Below, in pieces: positions 1 through 5,355 of a DNA stretch of 13,109 nt (position 1 is its first letter; each line of letters starts with the position of its first letter). A program made the translations under genes and the position numbers. This stretch comes from Myxococcota bacterium (GTDB lineage Bacteria > Myxococcota > JACRCW01): positions 1 through 13,109 of the forward strand of contig JBFMGU010000289.1 of assembly GCA_040752415.1 (NCBI GenBank). The letters run 5' to 3'. Below the pieces are notes generated by a model. That model did not search any database, was not told the origin of the DNA, and worked only from the letters and a program-made list of their open reading frames with translations.

Positions 1-60
1 GTCGGAATCTGGCAATTCCGGTGCTTATCTCCGTGCCAACCCCCACTGTCTCTTAGCCCC

Positions 61-103
61 CCAGCCAGGCATTGTGGCCACGCCGCCTGGCTGGTTTGTT
101 CTT
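61..103. other. Stem-loop: perfect 10-bp inverted repeat followed on + by a T-rich tract; either a + strand intrinsic terminator or a structured leader of the leftward transcript
   Basis: CCAGCCAGGC (61-70) pairs with GCCTGGCTGG (85-94) around a 14-nt loop; TTTGTTCTT follows at 95-103. Confidence 0.45.
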
Positions 104-128
104 GGGGCCGGGGGGGCGTGTGAGCGCC

Positions 129-147
129 AAGCACACTCAGTGCCAAC
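129..147 (-). promoter_or_regulatory. Putative sigma54 (RpoN) -24/-12 promoter firing leftward
   Basis: Minus strand reads GTTGGCACTGAGTGTGCTT. GG (144-143) and GC (132-131) are separated by exactly 10 nt, matching TGGCAC-N5-TTGC with one mismatch. Confidence 0.65.
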
Positions 148-187
148 CCACTCCTCGACGGAAACCATGCGGGAATCAGGTCAGGGG

Positions 188-225
188 CTGTCTGAATTTC
201 GGACAGGGTGACTGAATTTCGGACA
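188..225. promoter_or_regulatory. Tandem 14-bp direct repeat, probably binding sites for a sigma54 enhancer-binding protein
   Basis: CTGAATTTCGGACA occurs at 192-205 and 212-225 (20-bp period). The first copy lies within the near-perfect dyad CTGTCTGAA-T-TTCGGACAG (188-206). It sits about 70-105 bp upstream of the predicted sigma54 start site. Confidence 0.6.
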
Positions 226-331
226 CCCCCACGACGGTCGGCGTGGCGGTCGGCGACTGAGCGAAGCCGTCCCCGACCTGAATCACCACGGAGTTCAATT
301 GCGCGCACGACTCCCAGTCGCGCCGTGCGTC

Positions 332-1105
332 CTAGAACCCGCCCAGCGTGAGCCCACCGTCGACAACCAGCGTATGCCCGGTGACAAAGCTCGAAGCGTC
401 GGAGCCCAGGAACACCGCCGCCCCGGCGATGTCCGCCGGCTCACCCAGTCGTCCCAGCGGCGTCTGCTGCAGCACGCGACCGCTGACGTCGGGGCTGTCG
501 GTCAGCGCCTGGCTGAAGCGTGTCTTGATGAGCCCCGGCGCAATGGCGTTGACGCGGATGCCCGCGCCCCCCAGCTCGGTGGCCATGGTGCGCGTCATGG
601 AAATCACGGCGGCCTTGGTCATGCCGTACACCCCCTGCAGCGGCGCCGCGCCCAGGCCCAGCACGCTGGAGACGTTGATGATCGCGCCCGGCGCCCGGCG
701 GTCCATGAGGTGCTGGGCCACCAGCCGCGCGAGGTCGAAGTAGCCCTTCACGTTGAGGTCGAAGGTCTTCTGGTAGGCGCCGTCTTCCGCTCCCATCATG
801 GGACCGAAGTACACGTTGGTGGCGGCATTGTTGACGAGGATGTCCACCTTGCCAAACGCGTCCACCGCGGCTTTCACCAGTGCCTCCAGCTCGTCGCGAC
901 GCGCCGCGTGCGTGGGCACCGCGCGCACCTGACCGCCCTTGGCTTGGATGGCCCGGGCCACCTCCTCAAGCGCCTCCGGTTTGCGCGCCGCCACGACGAC
1001 ACGCGCGCCATGCTCCGCGTACGCGTGCGCCATGGCCTCACCAATTCCGCGCGACGCGCCGGTGATGATGGCCACCTTTCCTTCCAGGCTGAACAGCTTG
1101 CTCAT
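332..1105 (-). CDS. Classical short-chain dehydrogenase/reductase (SDR), NAD(P)-dependent oxidoreductase, DHRS4/FabG-like, 257 aa
   Basis: Motifs TGASRGIG (Rossmann TGxxxGxG), DILVNNAA, NVSS, catalytic YGMTK, IRVNAIAPG and the C-terminal VTGHTLVVDGG. Start reassigned to ATG at 1105 (MSKLFSLEGK), which has a GGAG RBS 6 nt upstream and avoids overlap with the kinase gene. Confidence 0.95.
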   Translation of the reverse strand: MSKLFSLEGKVAIITGASRGIGEAMAHAYAEHGARVVVAARKPEALEEVARAIQAKGGQVRAVPTHAARRDELEALVKAAVDAFGKVDILVNNAATNVYFGPMMGAEDGAYQKTFDLNVKGYFDLARLVAQHLMDRRAPGAIINVSSVLGLGAAPLQGVYGMTKAAVISMTRTMATELGGAGIRVNAIAPGLIKTRFSQALTDSPDVSGRVLQQTPLGRLGEPADIAGAAVFLGSDASSFVTGHTLVVDGGLTLGGF

Positions 1106-1124
1106 GAGAGGCTCCGTTGTCAGG

Positions 1125-2075
1125 TCAAATGGGCACCGCGCCACGACGAGCGGACACCGTGGCGGGCAGGAGCTTCTCGATGAGCGCGCGCAGCTCCGGG
1201 GCACCCGCGTAGAGGTCCTCCTTCAATGCCAGCGCGCGCAGCTCCATCGCAAAGTCGCGACACGTGGCGTAGCGGTTGCGCGCGTCGGGCTCCAACGCGG
1301 TCATGATGATGCTCTCCAGCTTGCGCGGCATGACCGGGAGCAGCTTGCGCGGTCTTGGGATGTCCGCCTTCTCCACGCGCTTGCGCAGGCTGGGGATGTT
1401 CTCGCCGGGCTTCAGCCCGTAGGGACGGACGCCGGTGCACAGCTCGTAGAGGACCAGCGCGGCGGAGAACTCGTCGGCGCGGCCGTCCAGGGGGTCACCA
1501 CGCAGGCGCTCCGGTGCCATGAAGCTCATCTTGCCGCGGATGCCCAGGCGCGGGTCGGTGAAGAACTCCACGGCGGAGAGCTTGGCAATCCCAAAGTCCG
1601 CCAGCTTCACCACGCCGGCGCGGGAGCAGAAGAGGTTGTCGGGGCTGACGTCGCGGTGGATGATTCCCAGCGGCTCTCCATTGGGCCGCGTGGCAAAGTG
1701 CGCGTAGGAAAGCGCATCCAGCATCTGCAGCGTGATGTAGATGGCCAGCTTGATGTTGATGGTCTGCTGGCGTGCGCCCAGCTCGGCTTGCAGGTCGGAG
1801 ACGTCCGGGCCGTCCACCAGCTCCATGAGCACGTAGGGATGGCGCTCCACCATCCCCAGCTCCACCACGGTGACGATGTTGGGGTGCCGCAGGATGGTGC
1901 CGATCTCGCCCTCGTTGGTGAACAGCTCCATGGCGCGCTTGTCCTTCTCCAGCTCGGGGAGGAGGCGTTTGAGCACCATGGGCGCGGGCGTGACCGGGTC
2001 CTGCACCAGGAACACCTCGCACATGCCACCTGCGGCCAGGCGCTCCACCAACCGGAATCGGCCGAACAGCTCCAT
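1125..2075 (-). CDS. Hanks-type Ser/Thr protein kinase, catalytic domain only, 316 aa
   Basis: Motifs LAAGGMCEVF (Gly-rich loop), VLKR, HPNIV, HRDVSPDN, DFG and GKMSFMAPE. Start reassigned to ATG at 2075 (MELFGRFRL) with a GAGG RBS. Only 19 bp separate it from the SDR start. Confidence 0.93.
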   Translation of the reverse strand: MELFGRFRLVERLAAGGMCEVFLVQDPVTPAPMVLKRLLPELEKDKRAMELFTNEGEIGTILRHPNIVTVVELGMVERHPYVLMELVDGPDVSDLQAELGARQQTINIKLAIYITLQMLDALSYAHFATRPNGEPLGIIHRDVSPDNLFCSRAGVVKLADFGIAKLSAVEFFTDPRLGIRGKMSFMAPERLRGDPLDGRADEFSAALVLYELCTGVRPYGLKPGENIPSLRKRVEKADIPRPRKLLPVMPRKLESIIMTALEPDARNRYATCRDFAMELRALALKEDLYAGAPELRALIEKLLPATVSARRGAVPI

Positions 2076-2217
2076 CCGCGGACCTCGGACTGCCGCAGCA
2101 ATCTCCCAGGCACCGCTCCCGTTGACAACGACAAACAGGCGCCACCCGCGTTGCGCCGCCCCGCCCCTGTGGTGAACCGGGTTGACGGGCGCGTCCCCGG
2201 CGTGCTGTGACGCCAAC

Positions 2218-2835
2218 ATGACGACGAGAATGCTGGGTGTGTCCGTGCTCACGGCGTGGCTGGTTGCGGGATGTGCGCAGCCCAGGAGTGAAGCCCGGCC
2301 GGGCGCGGTGGCGGTGGTGGACCTGGAGCGGGTGGCCAAGGAGCTGGGGCGGGATCAGACCATGCTGAAGGAGCTGCAGGGCGCGGAGCAGACCCTGCAG
2401 GGCCAGCTGGGGCAGCTGCGGGACCAGTTCAGCGCCCAGATCCAGCAGGCCATCGACGCCGCCGGAAAGAGCCCCACGCCCGAGCAGCAGGCGCGCATCA
2501 CCGCCATGCGCGGGGAGGCGCAGAAGCGGCTTGACCAGGAGGTTGAGCGTGCGCGCTCGCTGGGGCAGGCCAAGCGGCAGGACGTGACGTTCCGCTTCCA
2601 CACCGAGGTGAAGCCGGTGGTACGTCGGGTGGCCATGGCGCGGGGCGCCGGCGTGGTGCTGACGCGCAATGACGGTGTGTTCGACGTGGATCCCACCTCC
2701 GACATCACCGACGACGTCATTGCGGAGATGCGTCGCATGGAGGCCGCGGCGCCGCCGGCTCCGGCCCAGCCCGCTCAGCCCCAGGCCGCACCCACGCCGC
2801 AGCAGACTCCGCCGCCCGCGCAGGGGACGCCGTAA
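2218..2835 (+). CDS. OmpH/Skp-family periplasmic chaperone-like protein with a predicted lipoprotein signal and a Pro/Gln/Ala-rich tail, about 205 aa
   Basis: N-terminal strand VAVVDLERV, a long Q/E/R-rich coiled coil, and C-terminal VRRVAMARGAGVVL...DITDDVI follow the OmpH pattern. Signal MTTRMLGVSVLTAWLVAG-C ends in a lipobox. ATG at 2230 is an alternative start. Confidence 0.8.
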   Translation: MTTRMLGVSVLTAWLVAGCAQPRSEARPGAVAVVDLERVAKELGRDQTMLKELQGAEQTLQGQLGQLRDQFSAQIQQAIDAAGKSPTPEQQARITAMRGEAQKRLDQEVERARSLGQAKRQDVTFRFHTEVKPVVRRVAMARGAGVVLTRNDGVFDVDPTSDITDDVIAEMRRMEAAAPPAPAQPAQPQAAPTPQQTPPPAQGTP

Positions 2836-2841
2836 ACCTCC

Positions 2842-4590
2842 TCAGCGTTCCGCCGCGGCGAGGACCTCCAGCAGATCGTCGTCGTCAATCCGCTCGTCCT
2901 CGTTGAGGTCCACGAGCGGGTCGTAGCTGCCGTCCACGCGACGCTCATCCGGCACGTAGCCACCCGCGAAGAGGGCCACCTCCATGAGGTCCTCGGCGTC
3001 AACCCGTCCGTCCAGCGTCACGTCACCGAGCACGTCGGGATAGACGCGGCGCACCAGCGTCCACTCCGGGTCCACGCGCACCGCCACCGGCCTGCTGCCC
3101 GTGCTGATGTTGAAGGCGTTCGAGCCCTCCTCCACGTCCGCCACGTCGACGACGGAGGTGCCATCCTCGAGATCAACCACGAGCGGAAGGCGGTAGCTGA
3201 AGTCCCCCTCGCTGTCGACGGAGACCGCCACGGTGTAGCCACTCCCCGCCACGCGCGTGTTGCTGGAGACGGTAAGCGTGGGATGGCCGGTGCGAAGCAG
3301 CCACTGCGAGAACTCCTCGAGGATGCTGCGGCCCGTGGCGTTGTTGATCTCCGCCACCAGTTGCCCCGCCGTCAGCTCGCCGCGCGTGATGAGCGCTCGC
3401 AGCGCCTGGGTCAGTGCTTCCTTTCCCGCCATCTCCTCCAGCGTGCGCAGCACCGAAGAGCCCTTGTGATAGGTCACGTGCACGTACAGCGGTGACTGCT
3501 CCACCTGGGAGTCCAGCACGGCGATGTCGGCGTTGTTGGGACGACGGAACATGTACCAGACCGTGTTCATCCGCACGCCGGCCACGCGCACCGCGTTCCC
3601 CTGCAGCTCACCGAGCGCGCGCCACGCCGAGTACTCCGCGGTGGCCTCCTGCATGAACCCCTTCTCGTAGCTCGTGCACGAGGCAACGCCGCCAAACCAC
3701 GCGTGCGCCAGCTCATGCGAGACGCCCTGCTCCAGCAGGTAGTCCAGATCGCCAATCACGTAATCCCCGAGGAGGACGTTGCCGAGCACGCCCAGCCCGC
3801 CGAACGGGAAGTTCTCCGGCACCGTCATGAGGCGGAACTCGTCGAGCGGGATGGTGCCGTAGGTGGCGCCGTAGATGTCCATCACCTGCGCGCCCAGCCC
3901 CACAGCGTGCGTCATCAACTGCTCCCGCGCGCCACCGGGCACGTAGTAGCCCGCCACCACGGGAGCCTCGCCGGAGCGCACCACCTGCACGCCGCGCGCG
4001 TAGATGACCGGGACCTCGGTGGGGATGTCGACCGTGAAGGACCAGATGCGCGGCCCCACGCCGGTGTCGACGACGCTGGTGGGCGCGCCCTGCCCCGCCG
4101 CAACCTCCAGCTCACGCGGGGCGACCACCACGGTGGTACCGGTGAACAGGTCCACCTCGAACGCGCCCAGGTACGCCCAGGCAAAACGCACCGACGGAGG
4201 CGCCAGGATGGTCTCATCGGGACCGAACACACAGTTCACGAAGCCGGACCCGTCGTTGCGCGCGCAGCTGGGTTGGCCACGCATCACCAGGCGGACCAGC
4301 GTCGTCGCGTCGGCGGCGGGCGCGGTGTCCCAGACCACGTGGGAAACAACGTCGAAGTCCGGGTCATCCTGCAGGCTCGTCACTTCACCGTCGACCTCCA
4401 GCAGTGTCACCGGGAGGGACGGCTTCAACAGCGCGAGGTCAACGCTCTCTCCGTCGCCACGCACGGTGAGCTGCAGGTCGATCACGAGCTCACTGCCGCT
4501 GATGTCCGCGTGGATGTCCTGCCGCTCCACGTCCAGCGCCGCGTGCGCCACCACGGGACACAACAGCAGGACCGGGAGGAGGCGCGTCAT
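2842..4590 (-). CDS. Secreted M1-family (gluzincin) zinc metallopeptidase with a C-terminal dockerin-like module, 582 aa
   Basis: Signal peptide MTRLLPVLLLCPVVAHA; HELAH followed after exactly 18 residues by E (QEATAEY); distal YHKG motif; VRVDPEW motif; duplicated Ca-binding segments GDVTLDGRVDAEDL and DLNEDERIDDDDL. Confidence 0.88.
   Translation of the reverse strand: MTRLLPVLLLCPVVAHAALDVERQDIHADISGSELVIDLQLTVRGDGESVDLALLKPSLPVTLLEVDGEVTSLQDDPDFDVVSHVVWDTAPAADATTLVRLVMRGQPSCARNDGSGFVNCVFGPDETILAPPSVRFAWAYLGAFEVDLFTGTTVVVAPRELEVAAGQGAPTSVVDTGVGPRIWSFTVDIPTEVPVIYARGVQVVRSGEAPVVAGYYVPGGAREQLMTHAVGLGAQVMDIYGATYGTIPLDEFRLMTVPENFPFGGLGVLGNVLLGDYVIGDLDYLLEQGVSHELAHAWFGGVASCTSYEKGFMQEATAEYSAWRALGELQGNAVRVAGVRMNTVWYMFRRPNNADIAVLDSQVEQSPLYVHVTYHKGSSVLRTLEEMAGKEALTQALRALITRGELTAGQLVAEINNATGRSILEEFSQWLLRTGHPTLTVSSNTRVAGSGYTVAVSVDSEGDFSYRLPLVVDLEDGTSVVDVADVEEGSNAFNISTGSRPVAVRVDPEWTLVRRVYPDVLGDVTLDGRVDAEDLMEVALFAGGYVPDERRVDGSYDPLVDLNEDERIDDDDLLEVLAAAER
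2845..3027 (-). other. Dockerin-like domain with two calcium-binding repeats at the peptidase C-terminus
   Basis: GDVTLDGRVDAEDLMEV...DLNEDERIDDDDLLEVL matches the dockerin GD-x-N/D-x-DG-x-V-D-x-x-D-L duplication. Confidence 0.75.
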
Positions 4591-5117
4591 GACTGCCCCC
4601 GCACCACGCGCGCCCCCGCAACCTGCACGGGGACCAGCGCCCCATCCACGCGCCTCACCACGACGTCCTGGATGCCCACCGCGGATTCCCCGTCGACCAG
4701 CGGCTCCACGCGCAGCTCCAGAACCGTGACGGCCCCCTCCAGATGCGCCGGTCCATTGCGCGCACCGGAGCGTGTGCCGCCGAGAGACACGTCGCCCTGC
4801 CGGTCCACGGCAAGCATCACGGCGTCAGGGCCCAGCACGGCGGGTTGTGCACGTCGCACGTCGGTGTCGAGGATGCGCAGGCGCGTCGGGTCGTAACGCA
4901 GGTGGTAGGAGAACCCCAGGATCCCGCCGAGGTCCGTGGCCACCACGCGCAGCGTCACCACGTTGTCCGCGGCTTCTCCCTCCACGTGCAGAGACGGACC
5001 CGCGGGCCTCCCGTCCGACGACACCGACAACATCGCGACCGGAGGAGGAGGCGGCGACGAGCTTCCCTGCGAGCACGCCGCAACCACCAGGACCAGCGTC
5101 AGCAGGACGGGACGCAT
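4587..5117 (-). CDS. Lipoprotein with a cohesin-like beta-sandwich domain, 176 aa
   Basis: Lipobox MRPVLLTLVLVVAA-C, then a Ser/Pro linker (SSSPPPPP), then VTLRVVATDLGGILGFSYHLRYDPTRLRI...GAVTVLELRVEP, resembling the cohesin G-x-x-(F/Y)-x-L-x-YDP-x-x-L pattern. Start ATG at 5117 has GGTGAG upstream; its stop overlaps the peptidase start (ATGA, 4587-4590). Confidence 0.72.
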   Translation of the reverse strand: MRPVLLTLVLVVAACSQGSSSPPPPPVAMLSVSSDGRPAGPSLHVEGEAADNVVTLRVVATDLGGILGFSYHLRYDPTRLRILDTDVRRAQPAVLGPDAVMLAVDRQGDVSLGGTRSGARNGPAHLEGAVTVLELRVEPLVDGESAVGIQDVVVRRVDGALVPVQVAGARVVRGQS

Positions 5118-5269
5118 GGGCTCACCAAGGGTTGGAGACTGTCGACCAGTAGCACGCCGCGCGTCCTGCCCCGCTCCACACACTCTCCACACCGGTGCCC
5201 CGCAGGATTCACCCCGGCGCGCCAGGCGCGTCGCACCCCTTGCATCCCACGTAATTAGACACTAGCTAT

Positions 5270-5284
5270 AAATTTGCCAAATTT
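5270..5284. promoter_or_regulatory. Perfect dyad in an AT-rich divergent intergenic region, candidate regulator site
   Basis: AAATTTG-C-CAAATTT; CCCTTGCA is repeated at 5237-5244 and 5285-5292; it lies about 30 bp upstream of the sigma54 -24 box. Confidence 0.5.
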
Positions 5285-5312
5285 CCCTTGCACTTGAGCC
5301 ACTTACCGCTGG

Positions 5313-5330
5313 GTTGGCATTGCGGTTGCT
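5313..5330 (+). promoter_or_regulatory. Putative sigma54 (RpoN) -24/-12 promoter for the paralog pair
   Basis: GTTGGCATTGCGGTTGCT matches TGGCAY-N5-TTGCW, with GG at 5316-5317, a 10-nt spacer and GC at 5328-5329. A GGAGG RBS (5345-5349) and ATG (5356) follow. Confidence 0.75.
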
Positions 5331-5355
5331 GAGGGGGTTGGCACGGAGGCGTGGC

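Noticed and set aside
25..72. 15-codon minus-strand ORF MPGWGAKRQWGLARR with two Trp, as a possible leader peptide
   Set aside because: It has no RBS, its start abuts the hairpin stem, the Trp codons are not adjacent, and no attenuator layout is evident.
188..225. Tandem repeat as a CRISPR remnant or transposon end
   Set aside because: Only two 14-bp copies with a 6-bp spacer, and no cas or transposase gene in the window. A regulator binding site fits better.
303..329. Weak hairpin downstream of the SDR stop as a terminator
   Set aside because: The stem is short and interrupted and has no U-tract on the minus strand.
2122..2127. Perfect TTGACA -35 hexamer in the kinase/ompH intergenic region
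   Set aside because: No plausible -10 element lies 16-18 bp downstream.
5314..5355. TTG start at 5314 given by the ORF track for protein A
   Set aside because: It lies inside the sigma54 -24 box. ATG 5356 has a GGAGG RBS and yields a clean signal peptide.
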